Source: Minutocellus sp. GHC0000111
Taxonomy: Eukaryota
NCBI GenBank assembly: GCA_977018835.1
Contig: OZ361257.1
Location: forward strand, 1,178,001 to 1,242,000
Direction of reading: 5' to 3'
Length of the DNA: 64,000 bases
Of this stretch, positions 1 through 12,254 are shown piece after piece. How positions within the stretch are numbered: position 1 is the stretch's first letter; each line of letters opens with the position of its first letter. The translations under genes were made by a program, and so were the position numbers. A model generated the notes under the pieces. It was not told the origin of the DNA. It was given only the letters and a program-made list of their open reading frames with translations, and made no database searches.

Positions 1-262
1 TCAGTTTACCTAGAGAATAAATCAAGAACAGAATAATAGAATAGAATGGTTTATACAGCATAATAATAGAATTGTATTGAATGGTTGGGATATTGGCTTG
101 TTGATCCGGAACTTCCTGCCTCTCGCCTCACTCGCTCGCTCAGGCCAAAAAGAAACCCGGATGTCTTTCGCGCACCTCGACTCCGCTGGCGCCCGGGCGG
201 CGCGCGGGGCGGCGGCGGGGCAGCAAATTGGCTCATTTCGACATTCGCAAATTACAAGAGCA

Positions 263-1947
263 ATGGCAGCACCGCCACCCAATACCGCCTTCCCTCCACC
301 AACCCACGCGAGTACGGCGGCGGCAGCTGGAAGACCATTTGAGATTGACGACGAGCCCAGCTCTCCGACCGCAGCGATGCCCGAAACGCCCCCTCCTCCC
401 GTTCCGCCTGTCGCCGATGGTGCTGATCCGTCGGCGGCGGAGAACAATGGCGATGCACTTATGGGCGGCGTTTCTATCGGTGGAGATGGTGAAAGTGGGG
501 GCAAGGCCGTGATGGGGGCAGGTGCCGTCCAGGTGAGTATGAAATGTCGCATTACTGAAGGGGGGCGGGTGAATTGGAGGACAGGCGTTGAGATGGCATA
601 TGATGTGCTCCTGATCTTCCGTCACTGATCCTAACACATGGCCTAACACATAGCTCCCTTCAACTACTTCTTATCGCAGTGTGAGGTAATTGATCCTCAG
701 CACACCGGTGAAGGTCGCTCCAAGTATACCACCTACTGCGTCCTTGTGGCCAACGTAAGTGCCGTTCGTCGTCGCTACAGCGACTTTCAGTGGCTGTACG
801 ATCGTCTCCACCTAGAAAAACCCGGTGCTATCATCCCAGTCATTCCCCACAAGCGCGTTCGACTTCTCAAGACGGAGACAAAGTTCACGACGGAGTTTGT
901 TGCGGAGCGTCGTGCCATTCTAGAAGAGTGGATCAATCGCATCCTGGCACATCCTGAGCTTACTGATGCGCCTTCTCTAGCTGCCTTTATGAAGCAAGAC
1001 GATGAACTCTTTGCGTGTGCCAAGAAGGCCAATGACTTCCCCGATTCCAGCCTCAGTTTGGCAGAGAACGGCAGCGAGGAAGCCGGTGGAGATGGAGCCG
1101 ACGAGGCCGATGATGCTGATGCTTCCGCTAACGGTGGCACTCCTGCCGGTAAGCAGCGGTTTATCGCATTCGCCGTATGTTTGCCAAGGCAGCGATTAAG
1201 AGTGGCGTGGAACTGGCGAAAGTTGAAGATGAAGAGCAGTTTGCTGATATTGATAAGTATGTTACAGAGCTGGAGAAGGATCTTGCCATTCTGGTGAAGC
1301 AATCGTCGGCTCTAGCTGCTGCCACCAAGACCTCTGCGGCAGCCACTCATGAGATCGCCAAGGCTTTTTCTGGCCTCAGCGAGAACACATATCCCACTCC
1401 CGACCTGGGTGCTGCCGGACGCCTTGCCGCCATGTTGAACAATGCCGCCAAGGGCATGTTGTCTCTGTCTTCCACTATGGAAGAGAAGGCCACGGCAGAG
1501 ACTGGTCAAATTGAGGCCAGCGTTCAGGACTTTGAGCGAGATGTTCAGGCTCTGCGCAATGCCTTGCAGCGTCGTAAGGAGAAGCATTATGATCTCACAA
1601 AGAAGCTGAACCGCATCACGGCTGTCGGTGCCAAACTCGACAGGATGAAGGAAGTTGCGGTGAACAAAACCGACGAGAATGCCATGATCCCCATCCAAGC
1701 CAAGGAAGGAGAAATGATTGAGGCCAAGGAGGCCGCCGAGACCGCTCGGGCGGAGTTGGAGGCTGTTTCAGCTCGTGTAGTCCGAGAGGTGGAGAGATTC
1801 CGTCTCGTTGTTGATGCGAAGTTACGCCACATTATTTCCGAGATGGGAGGCGTTGCCGTGAGATTTGACGATAAGATCAATGACGCTTGGGGAACCATCC
1901 TTGCCAATACGCAACCAAGTGTTGAGCCCAAGTTTGACGCCGTTTAG
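263..1947 (+). CDS. Sorting nexin, PX + BAR (Vps5/SNX1-like); intron 533-679; apparent 1-bp frameshift near 1152
   Basis: PX motifs YTTY..VRRRYSDFQWLYDRL, PVIPHK, FVAERRAILEEWINRILAHPEL, then a helical BAR-like region. The GT(533)..AG(679) intron keeps frame. The frame switches at 'ggtaagcagc', where one extra G gives K-A-A-V-Y-R-I-R-R-M-F. Confidence 0.9.
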
Positions 1948-2160
1948 AGATATCTGACTCTGAACAAGGCGACTATCTGTGATCTTTCTCTTTCTTAATC
2001 GTTGAGATCGCAGAATATCCTCTGACTGACAGAATTCGTTTGAACTCAACTTAGGCATGTGGTCATAAGACCTTCACAACTACTTTTTAAAATGAAATCG
2101 TATGACTTACATTATTATTTGTCCATTTCCATTTAGCATGGAGTCCCGGTGATGCATGTG

Positions 2161-4800
2161 CTACTTCGGTGTGGTTGAATTGTCTTGTCCCATTTTCCCC
2201 GTACAGAGCCACATTCCGTTGTCGAGGGTACAGCCATCGACATTAAAAGGTTTTCCGTCGATCATTACGACCTGGCCCTTTACTGCTTCACCAGCCTTTT
2301 GAACTTCCCCTCCAACTGGCGGATCACCGGGCCGAATGAGCTGCAATTCCTTGCCGTCGTTGTAGTCATAAACGGGCCTCGAGGTCCGTAGCGATGCAGT
2401 CAGTCCGAATGTAAATGGGCCAGTAACGACAATGTCCGACTCGCCTATGAGATACCAGTCAATAAGTGACTCAGCAAATACATCCGTGCCCCCCTTGTGC
2501 TTGGCTTTACTGTGCAAGCCGCGAGACTGGGTGTATATGACTCGTCTTGGAATCACTCGGCCTGGATATTTTTGCATTGGTTTTGCAACCAATGCATTTG
2601 CATCTTTCCCATCAAATGACGACTTGATGTGGCTTTTGAGATACACCGAGTCTGTTACAACAAACCACGTTACGGAGTGGATGTCACGCTTGTGCTGATG
2701 ATTGACCCCAAGCTTCATTAGAAGTATTTGCTCTAGCATTTGTCCCCGTCTTGTGTATCCTTTTGCTGTTTCACGAAGGCTTCCCTCGTCGATTGAGGAG
2801 TCTGCACCGACGTCTGTTTGGGACGATCTTATGTAAATGGTGACGACGGCTGTTGTTTCTTCTCGAAATGTTGGTAGTAATTCTGTAAACAGTTTCGGCT
2901 CATATTTGGATGCATTTTGAGAAAGTATAAACAGTTTTCCTAGTGAACAACCAAAGCCTCTGCGAATGTTCATTTTGGGTATAGATGCTTCCAGAGCGCG
3001 AAAAGAACTCTCGTAGAATGGCGTATGAGTACCTTTCCACAAGGCAAAGCGATAGAATGGCACGGGGGTAATTGCATTCATATCTCTTCCTGGTAAGTTT
3101 TCGGTGAAATTATAGCTCGTCGCTTGCCCAGCTCTTCCCAAGCGAAAACAGTTCTCTTCGTGCTTACATAAAAAGCCAGCAGGTACGCGCCAATCAACAT
3201 CTCGGGACACTGGCCGTATTACTTCGTCGATCTTCACATCTTCGCCGTAATCGAATAAAAATGAACACCTGGCCTGCACGGCGAACATATATCCCATTGC
3301 CATTTGCGACACCCAAAGGGCAATGCCTTCGTTTTCACTTGGAACTGGACGAAGAAAAATGGTACATTTGGGCAAATTTTGGTCATCAGACAAAAGCGGG
3401 GTGCTGGTCCATGGGCAGTGTTTCTCAAATTCAGCTGAACCACCATCGGGGAATCTTCCTTTAGGCGGAGGACCAAAGGGACGCGTATCTGCCACCGTCA
3501 CTTGTTTGTCCTTACGAATATTGATTTTGGGGGCACGTTCCTGTTCATATCCTGAGCATTGCCCGTTTGATTCTTCATCGGTAGGATTTCCATGGGGCGG
3601 CCTTCCTTCTTGAAGGCTCCTCCGGGCCTTTTTGAGAGACGAATGATAATCCAAGCATTTATTTTCATCATTGTTGAGGAACCAGTGATCCCATCGCTTG
3701 AGGCGCATCATTTTGCATGCATTTCCCTTGGCGACATTATTTTGAAGAACGACGACGTCAGTGCCACTTTCCCTACATCTTTGTCTAAAGTCTGCGCCAT
3801 CTCCAAATATCCCCCCGTCGTACCATAATCCGGTGGGATAGGCACACCTTTCAAGCATTCGACTGCGCAGAGGTCCCTTGCGAATTGATCCCGTCGAAGC
3901 TGCAATGACATCTTCTTTCTCTTCCTGTAACAATCGATTCAGATAGTGCTGTTCCCCGCGAATCGTCTGTTGATCGATAACTTTCATTGTATTTTCGTTC
4001 TCATCCATCGGACCGAGTTCCTCATCAACTTTTCGTATAATCATCTTCATTAGGGTTTGGACGGAGGTGGAATTTTTCAACCTCAAGAATCCAAAGCACA
4101 TTGTTTTGCGTGCCAAGGGACCACCTGCAATGCCCACGAGGTCGTCGCACATGTCGTCACCAACAAGTTCCTCCTGTTCGTAGATCGACGTGGCCCATAC
4201 AGCATCCGGCTCCACATTCATAAATGCAACGCCTCCATTCACAATTGCCGATAGGACACGGACACGATTCTGAGTGGTGCGCCAATACCCAAGTGTCTGG
4301 AAAGGATATCCTTGGTCAGATTGCAAGTACGGTGGTAGAGAATCCTTTGCGATGGTCACTGGGAACCCCGATGATGATGTAAAATCACTCAGTTGAACAT
4401 AACCCGGTGTGTCGGTGATGATGAGAGTATTGCGGTGAACATCCTTGAGGGTGGCAGTGTTGCAAAGCCATGACTTGATCTGTGACAACATCCCGATGCT
4501 GGCGTGCAGAACGAGGATGAAGGGCTGATTCGATTGCGAGGCAAGTTGACGTGCCGCTTTCACAATGTTTGCTGTAGCATCATCGGTGGAAGGTTTAGAT
4601 GATCTCTTTGACCGATTGTCATGACCATCTTTCAGAGCGATAGGAACATGCACATGATTGCTGAGCAATAATTCGTGTCGAAGATTGTGAAAGTCTGCAG
4701 TTCTCGAAGCGATGTGGATGAGGATTGTAGATATGAACGAGACGGAAAGGATGGTTAGGAGGGAGATGGCTCTCAGAAGGAGAAGCCGTATCTTGGTCAT
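2161..4800 (-). CDS. Type II membrane bi-domain glycosyltransferase (nucleotide-diphospho-sugar transferase/GT77-like + fucosyltransferase-like)
   Basis: N-terminal TM anchor. Domain 1 has WLCN, EPDAVW, CFGFLRL, EQHYL, LQNN..K..RLKRWDHW. Domain 2 has YIRS, WFVVTDS, SLIDWYLIGESDIVV, FTFG. Confidence 0.7.
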   Translation of the reverse strand: MTKIRLLLLRAISLLTILSVSFISTILIHIASRTADFHNLRHELLLSNHVHVPIALKDGHDNRSKRSSKPSTDDATANIVKAARQLASQSNQPFILVLHASIGMLSQIKSWLCNTATLKDVHRNTLIITDTPGYVQLSDFTSSSGFPVTIAKDSLPPYLQSDQGYPFQTLGYWRTTQNRVRVLSAIVNGGVAFMNVEPDAVWATSIYEQEELVGDDMCDDLVGIAGGPLARKTMCFGFLRLKNSTSVQTLMKMIIRKVDEELGPMDENENTMKVIDQQTIRGEQHYLNRLLQEEKEDVIAASTGSIRKGPLRSRMLERCAYPTGLWYDGGIFGDGADFRQRCRESGTDVVVLQNNVAKGNACKMMRLKRWDHWFLNNDENKCLDYHSSLKKARRSLQEGRPPHGNPTDEESNGQCSGYEQERAPKINIRKDKQVTVADTRPFGPPPKGRFPDGGSAEFEKHCPWTSTPLLSDDQNLPKCTIFLRPVPSENEGIALWVSQMAMGYMFAVQARCSFLFDYGEDVKIDEVIRPVSRDVDWRVPAGFLCKHEENCFRLGRAGQATSYNFTENLPGRDMNAITPVPFYRFALWKGTHTPFYESSFRALEASIPKMNIRRGFGCSLGKLFILSQNASKYEPKLFTELLPTFREETTAVVTIYIRSSQTDVGADSSIDEGSLRETAKGYTRRGQMLEQILLMKLGVNHQHKRDIHSVTWFVVTDSVYLKSHIKSSFDGKDANALVAKPMQKYPGRVIPRRVIYTQSRGLHSKAKHKGGTDVFAESLIDWYLIGESDIVVTGPFTFGLTASLRTSRPVYDYNDGKELQLIRPGDPPVGGEVQKAGEAVKGQVVMIDGKPFNVDGCTLDNGMWLCTGKMGQDNSTTPK

Positions 4801-5235
4801 TTCAACGGCATGCTGACCGGGAGGCTACTATTATCCGCAACGCAAAGCAAATCACCACCCGCGTGTTGGGCAATTGAGGAGCAGTCAAAGGCAGAATGGT
4901 ACAGTCGGGTTGGACTGAGTTGCGGGGGGCGCGATGCCTCTGCCTGCTCTGCGCCGCCGAGCCAGGAAGCAGCAGCAGGTTGGGATGTATGGGGCATAAA
5001 TGTTGCAAACCCGGGGTGTATGTACGGGGGAGAGACTGAAAGACTCTAAATACTGGGAGTCACCCGCATTTTGATTTTTGAAGCAATGCCATGACGCCAT
5101 GACGCGACGATCGCCGGATGCGATGACCCCCGCCCGCACGGCCCAACGCCACAAGAGCTGCTGCTCTTGATCCCAGTGCTGTCCCAAGAGATACTGGCCA
5201 TTTTTTCGTTTTATTATTTCGTAACGTCGCTTGCC

Positions 5236-5940
5236 ATGTTCGAAACACCTCAGTTTGTGACGGGTCCCTGGAACCGGGAGAAACCGGTCTTCCTTGAGGA
5301 TCGTGAGTACGGTCTCGCCCTGGATGCACTTGTCAAGGCTTGCAGTGACGTTGTGGTTGTCTCACCCGACGGCCAACGAGTTCTGCTCGGACGGCGCAAG
5401 GTGGAACCGCAGCCGGATTGGTGGTTTATTGGCGGAAGGGTCCGTCCCGGCGATACCACCACCGCCGGTGCCTCGCGGAATGTGCATCGGGAATTGGGAT
5501 TGAAATTTCCCGAAGAGCGCTTCGAGGTCATAGCCAACTACAGCATGGTGTGGGCGTACCGGCAACAAGCGCCACAGGACAATGGCACCGCAGATATTAG
5601 TACTATCCATGCCCTGTACTTAACCGAAGAGGAGGAAAAGAATGGCGTGCCCAACCTGGACCCTGACGAATACGCTGAAACGAAATGGTGGGACATTGAT
5701 GAAGTCATTGGCCAGACGGTTCGATTCCACCCCTGTCTGATTGCGGCATTGAAACGTCTCAGGGCCAAGCAGGCATTGCATGCGTTGGAAAAGGTGACGG
5801 AGAAAGGTAGCGGAGATGAAGCTGAAATTGCCAAAAAGGCTCTGGCATTTGTCAAAGCCGTGCAGAATGCCAAGGCAACGCAAAAGTCGACCAAGGTTAT
5901 CTTCGACAAAGAAGAATGCAAGTACATTGAGCAAAAGTAA
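5236..5940 (+). CDS. Nudix hydrolase, GDP-mannose mannosyl hydrolase-like
   Basis: DVVVV..VLLGRR..P..WWFIGGRV.PG....RNVHRELG matches the modified Nudix box of the GDPMH/WcaH family. Confidence 0.75.
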   Translation: MFETPQFVTGPWNREKPVFLEDREYGLALDALVKACSDVVVVSPDGQRVLLGRRKVEPQPDWWFIGGRVRPGDTTTAGASRNVHRELGLKFPEERFEVIANYSMVWAYRQQAPQDNGTADISTIHALYLTEEEEKNGVPNLDPDEYAETKWWDIDEVIGQTVRFHPCLIAALKRLRAKQALHALEKVTEKGSGDEAEIAKKALAFVKAVQNAKATQKSTKVIFDKEECKYIEQK

Positions 5941-6039
5941 GGTATTCATGCAATGTCCCGGTGAAACATGTTTCTTAAAGTAAAATAATTTTGAGGACTC
6001 CACTGATGAGTAAACCTCTGGCACAAATAATGTACATAT

Positions 6040-6904
6040 TTAACACGTGAGTGCTGGCTGCTTGCCCTCCATGAGGGACCACAGTTCATTCGCCACATCG
6101 AACTCGTCATGCTCATTGCTATCGATCTCAAATTGGCGGCAAACTCCCTTGGAAGGCACGGCCTGCGAAATTTGAGGAGGGAAGAATGTAATGTTAGATA
6201 CAATTATTAGAAATGCCAAGCACAGGCACATTGCATTCGCCAACTTTGATTTTCTGATGTTCAGGAATACTTTTTTGCGCATCCAACTTCAACATCCATC
6301 CCAACACATTCACTACTCTACTCACCACCTCTCCCTTGAGCATACCCCCGACGCTCTCGTCGTAGTCCCACTTGATACCCACCACCTTGGCATACAGCGC
6401 GATCTGCATCTGGATCTTGGGCACCTCCTCCATCCGGTCGGCCTCCACGGCATCGATCTGCTCGTCGGCCTCGGCCTGGAAGCGCGCGACTCTGGCCTCG
6501 GCCTCCCTCCGGGCGGCCGTCAGGGCATCGTTCTTCCTCCGCAGCTCGGCGGCGTCGGCCTCCAGCTGCGCAATGTGCTCGGAATGGGCCCGCAGGTCGT
6601 CCGTGGCGGCCCCGCACGCCTCGTTGGCGGCCCGGATCTGGTCGTTGAGGGCATCGATCTGCTCGTCGGCCGCGGCGACCACCTCCCTCTGCTTGTCCTC
6701 CAGCATGGCGTTGAGGGTGAGGCAGTCCTTGGCGGTCTGGGCCGCGTCTGACGTGGTGTACTCGGCGATCAGATCGCGGATGATCTGCTTGGTCTCGTCC
6801 CAGCTCGCTCCTGCGTCGTCATTGGAGGCGGAGGCAGAACGCGAGGCAGATACCGATGCCGTCGGCGGAGCGGCGGCGTAGGGCTGAGGCGGACGCTTGG
6901 GCAT
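6040..6904 (-). CDS. SPC24: Kinetochore NDC80-complex subunit Spc24; intron 6163-6325
   Basis: Long coiled coil, then VPKIQMQIALYAKVVGIKWDY and, after a GT-AG intron, FDVANELWSLM, typical of the Spc24 C-terminal domain. Confidence 0.8.
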
Positions 6905-7486
6905 TTTGGTTGTTCAGTGCTTTGGACAATTATGATCTAGGAAACGAGCAATACTTTGCGTACGTGTTGTTGATCTGTCATCAGGGTTTGGGGAGAGAAA
7001 CAAAAGGGCACAGCGCACAGCGGAATCATTGTTGGGTGAGTGAGTTTTCGGCCAGAACAAAGGAGGCACAAAATAAACTGCGCACATCACGTGTTTCCGC
7101 ACCAAAAGCGAACAAACTGCATCAACCTCCGCACTTTAGCCAGCACTACTTGAATCGCCCAAACACTTCGATTCGATGCAAGTGCTGCCAGCTTCATCTC
7201 GTAACTCACACGGGCGGTACAAATGAGGCAACGAACTTTTGTTTTGCAGTTTGCTGTTTGCTGTACTCTCCGGGTTTCCAGCAAAAGCCCGAAAATGATG
7301 AGCCGAACGATCATACGAACAGCGGCAGCACCACTCATTTCGTACCCTCCTATTGGCTGGTAAGCCAAGCGGTCAAAGCACATGCAGTTTTAGTGCCTGC
7401 TTGAACCACCGTCGCCAGCTCATCCCCACCGTGCGGTACCCACAATTTCATACCCTCCTATTGGCTGGTAAGCCGGTAAGCAAAGC

Positions 7487-8728
7487 ATGCAATCGCCACA
7501 ATCCTCAACGGTATCCGAGGCCAGCGGCGGCGGGAGCAGCAGCAGCGCCAGCGTCACGCCGCTGGATTCGGCCGCCGCCCTCCATCTGCTTTTATCCCCC
7601 GACGGGTACTACAGATACCTCAACATTCCGAAGCCCGCCGCGGCACATGGTGGTCCGGCCTTCCTCCATCCGCAGCAACAGCAACAGCAGGAGAAGGATG
7701 ACGAGAAGAAGCCACTCAATGGCGGCACCGCGGCCACGGAGGTGGATCACGACCAAGTCAAGAAGAACTACCGCCGTCTGTCCCTGCGGCATCATCCCGA
7801 CCGGCCCGGCGGTGACGTCGACACATTTCGGGTGTTGAACCGCGCCAAGCGCGTCCTGACCAACCCCAAGCTTCGGAAGCAGTACGATCTATTGGGACTG
7901 GATCTGGACGATGATGACGAGGACCATCACGAGGAAGGACAGGGCGATACGTTCCACAATGACGACAAGACGGGCGCCGAATCGGTCGGCAAGGCGGAGG
8001 GAGGTGGGGCCACCGATGGTACCCAGAGCGACAGTGGTGGCAGCAGCGGCAGTTCCGGCCCGGATGGCATCATGTCCCACCTGGCCAGCGCGACCATCGC
8101 CACCATCATACAGGCGGCCGTCCGGACCGCCGCGCTGGGGCTGGCCTCGACGCTCATATGCCGGTACAAACTCCTCCTGCCGGCCTGTGCCTTCATGTCC
8201 TTCATCGCGTATCGCGTCCGGCAGGCCTCGCAGACCGTGGCGGTGGGTCAGGTCACCACCTTCCAGATGGTGGCGCCGCTCATCATTGTGGCGGGCTTGG
8301 TGCTGATGCACGTGGGGCGGCGTTCGAGCAGTGATCCCGACGTCGAGCCGTTGCTTTGGAGCTAGACCTTTTGGATCGGGGAGGCCACTGTCATGACCCT
8401 TTTCATTGTGAATTCCATCCAACCCTTACCGGCGGGACAGAATGTGGCGGTGTTGGTCGGTGGCATTGCTCTAATGAGTGTTGTGGCGACGCTGATTCTT
8501 CGTGGCAAGTTTTGGAGGCATGTGGCCGTGGTGGCCTTTGAGGCAGTACTGGCCTTCTTGGCGGTGTTGGCCTTTCCGATAATGGAAATGATACTCGAGG
8601 AAATTATGAACGAAAAGCTTCGCAAGATTGGAGAGCAAGTGAGGGCGCATGCGAGAAGGATGGATGCGTATGCCGAGAAGAAGGCTGCAAGTGCTGCCAA
8701 GTCTGTGCATGAGGTTCCGTTGGATTAG
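7487..8728 (+). CDS. DnaJ-domain protein with C-terminal TM helices; in-frame TAG at 8363-8365
   Basis: YYRYL..VKKNYRRLSLRHHPDRPGG..YD J domain. ORFs 7487-8365 and 8393-8728 share a frame (LLWS*TFWIGE). Confidence 0.85.
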
Positions 8729-8871
8729 ATACGCCGTAGACTTGCGACTAGCTAGGGGAATCTGTTTGTGTATCAAATTGAAATGTATTATTATCTTATG
8801 TAGCTGTGTAGCTGGCTATGCGGGGTGTGTCTCTTCCTTCATCACTTTGCCTTCCGTCAAGAGCCCACCTC

Positions 8872-9956
8872 TTAAAGCGCATCCAAAATCTCCTTATCCT
8901 TTGAGAAATCGACATCCTTGTCGAGACCTCCCCGGGCTTTGTAGTTCTCAAAGTAATCCGGAAGGTCCTCGCGAAGAGTGTGTTCAGCCGCACTGCCGTA
9001 AGTCAAGTACTCCTTGATCATGTCCGGCGCGACGAAAAAGTTGGTGGGTCGGAAGGGAAACGTTCCCTTGCCGAGCTCCGAGGCATCGTAGTGCACAATC
9101 TTGTAGTCGTCGACGCCAGCAACCTGTGCACAGAGCATGGCCACGTTGTCGTATGATAGCTGGATATCCGTGCCGCAGTTGAAGTAACGCTGTTCGACGG
9201 CTGCAGTCTCATTATTGAGCGGCGAAGCCAGCATAAAGGCAACATCTTCACTATTGGTAAGACTAACGATCTGCGTTCCATCACCTGGAATGGGCAGGGG
9301 CTCACCATTGCAGATTCGGTCGAAGTACCAGTCAATGTACGAATACTTGTTGGCCTTGGGACCATAGATGTACTGAGGTCGGAACGACACCAACGGCAGA
9401 CCAATGTCGGCAGCATAGGCCTCGAATTGCGCCTGACCAGCCGACTTCTTGATTGGCGTCGTCTCGGCCATGGGAAATACGGTGTCGTCAGTCGGCTGGT
9501 ACATGCCGGCACTGCTCACATAGGTAAACAGCTTGGGATTCCAACCCTTGGCGGCATCGCAGATGGCCTTGCCAGAACCGACGGGTCCCTTGCTGGCATT
9601 GTCCCAAACATACTCAAAGGAACCACCACCCAAGAGAGCATTGACATCGTCGGCAGTCATGTCCTCGTCGGCAAGGCTGGCCTTGATGACCTTGACATCG
9701 GGAAGGTCGGCCGCATAGGATTTGAACGGTTCTTTGGTATCGTCGCAGGCATCATCCTGGAGGATAGTGACGCTGGTAATTTGGTCCACATTTTGCAGCG
9801 TCTTGGCAAGCTGGTAGCCCAGCTCTTCTGGACAATGAGGGCCTCGCCAGCCATGTAAAGGGAGGATGCCCTGGTAGACTGGCGAGGAAGTGGCGAATGG
9901 ACAAAGGCATCCGCCGAAGACAAGAGGGAGAGGATGGACAGAGAAATCTTAAACAT
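8872..9956 (-). CDS. Chloroplast stem-loop binding protein CSP41-like (SDR/epimerase fold); frameshifting deletion near 9826
   Basis: Signal peptide plus ADAF-V presequence; YVSSAGMY, FRPQYIYGP, DWYFDRI..G.P.PIPGDG.Q, FPFR motifs. Confidence 0.85.
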
Positions 9957-10331
9957 TGTTTGGAGAGATATTCTAAGATGCCAACGCGTCTCTTGGTCCT
10001 GCTGGATGCAGTGTGCGTGCTTTGGGGAAGTGTGAGGTTGAATTGTGCCGCTGGCGCCCACTGACGAATGCGCAGATCACGGGACATTGGTACCATTAAG
10101 TCAATCGATCGAGTGAGTCAAATATGCCGCGTAGAACAGAAACTGAAATGAGATGCTGCAGGGCAGGGGCTTATGTACATTAAAACTCAACAGTTCCTCT
10201 CTTGCCACAAGTGACTCACATCTCAAATTTCACGATTTCGCTTTGGGGAATTACGACCAAATCTGGTTGTCGTTTTGCACTCCATTGTGCCTTGGCGGTA
10301 ATCATTTGTACCCCCTCTCCCCCTCGAAAGA

Positions 10332-11232
10332 ATGAACATGCAGGACGCTGCTCTACGAAGGATGCAGCGGCGGCTGTCGTCGGGCGCGATGCCCCGACGT
10401 GCTTCCATGGAACACACAACTCTTCACACCATTGGAGAGCGGAGTTATTCGTCCATCAATGGTGGCGACAGCGACAACGACGACCAATACAACCAAGAGC
10501 CCGAGGGCCACCGCATGCAACGCCGTCGGAGTTCCGTCAGCTTCTCTTCTACTAACTCCGTTCGAGAACACAATCCTGAGCCTGTCGAGACGGCACCCGA
10601 TCGCTTCTGCTCCCCCGAGGACATTCGTCAGTTTCGCCGCGAACATCGACAGGATGGCCCGGCGCAATTCGACCGGATCGGCGCCCACAATGCCAGCGAG
10701 GAAGGAGGGCATTGCCTCTCTTACCGTCGGCCTGAACCCGCAACAACCAGCTGAGACACCATCATCGTGCGCCTGTCCCTACATCAGCCCACACGCTCTG
10801 ACTACACCGAGCACTTCGAACCATTACTTTTCGTCAGATTCTGTCCGAACTACTACTGGTCCTGCAACCACATCTGGTCAGTGCCATGCCAACACAGAAG
10901 AAGACAATGGTGATCAAAAAGGACCTGTCATGACCTTTTCTTCTTCCAGCGGCCACTGCCCCAAGAAGTCGGCAGATCCGAGCAGTGCTGATGGCACCAA
11001 CAGCTTCCATCCTCGGCACCAGCGACGCCACTCCGTCGTCGGCCCCATTCAGGCAGCCGGCTTTACGGTGCCCATCGATCAGATTCGAACCGTAATTGCC
11101 GGAGGAAATGGGACCGCAGCAGGAAAAGATGGCCAGCCGCCATCGGCCTCCCCCCATGATCTGGCAAGCGCTCAATTTGTAAGCGTCAGCTGTCCCATGC
11201 CTCGGTGGCCGTCGACCGCCGGAATCGCCTAG
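10332..11232 (+). CDS. Hypothetical low-complexity protein; likely frameshift near 10705
   Basis: Overlapping ORFs 10332-10754 and 10399-11232 read as one protein (VSFS..VREH..FCSPEDIRQFRRE; RRHSVV). Confidence 0.45.
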
Positions 11233-12254
11233 CTAGCTAGCTAGCTAGTCTAGATCTAGCTATTTGCGCTACATGTATTGGGAGTTCGGCAGGACCCAAT
11301 CAAGGAAACAACCATTTGCAAGAGATGGAAATAGAGAGACCCCAACAAGAACCGAATAAGCATGCACTTATGAATCGTAGATCTACATGTGTAGATCTAC
11401 ATAGAGAGTGATTTCACGAGAGAGCAGACACCCCTCCGCGATGTTTCGTAAACATTGTACCAACTTCCTTTTATTGATGATCCTTACTCAGAAGGGTATT
11501 GTAGACCATAATCAACAATAAAAGGAAGTTGGTACAATGATCTTGGTGCTCTTTTAGCACATGATATAGATACGGTATTAGAGTGTTTCTTTTGGTACAC
11601 TATTGTTTGAAAATTTATTTTTATGTCGTAGAATACACTTGTGCTGTTTCAAGAAAGAAAAAATACATCAAACTTTATAACGAAACAAAACCCATTTCGT
11701 TCAACGAATGGGGCCACAACATGTGTCGCCGACGTGCCTCCCATTGAGAACAATCAAGACTACGGGGCACCATACCCTTGTAATAGCCTTTCACAACACT
11801 GTGGTGCAGCAGGAGACTTGCAATTACTTTTTTGAGCCTTGAAAAATTCGTTCGCGTTAGACCCGATTTTTTCGACAGTTTCCGACGTTCCATCACGACC
11901 ATGTTCGCCCGATGTACAGCACCACCCCGGCCATCGCATACACTCTGACCACCTAGATGCCTTCCTGAATTTTTTTGTGCGATACTTTATGCAGCGCAAA
12001 AATGAACCCACTAAATGGCCTCTCTCAACACGGCGAAGCAAGCTCACCTTGTTGGTGATGAATGAAGAGTTGAGTGGCGTGGATGGTGGATAGCCGTCCC
12101 TGCTCGATGTGGTTTTTGAGGGGTTCGGGGTGTTGCGAACTTACGCGAAGATCTGTTGCTCCGCGAACGGGCGCCGGGCATCACGGGCACCTGCATCACA
12201 ACTGGCAACTGGCGCCATCACAACTTGCATATCCCGTCAAAGAGACCCGTCCCG

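Noticed and set aside
1149..1190. Tiny GTAAG intron explaining the sorting-nexin frame change
   Set aside because: It would be about 40 nt with no pyrimidine tract or branch point. A single missing G gives continuous protein-like sequence.
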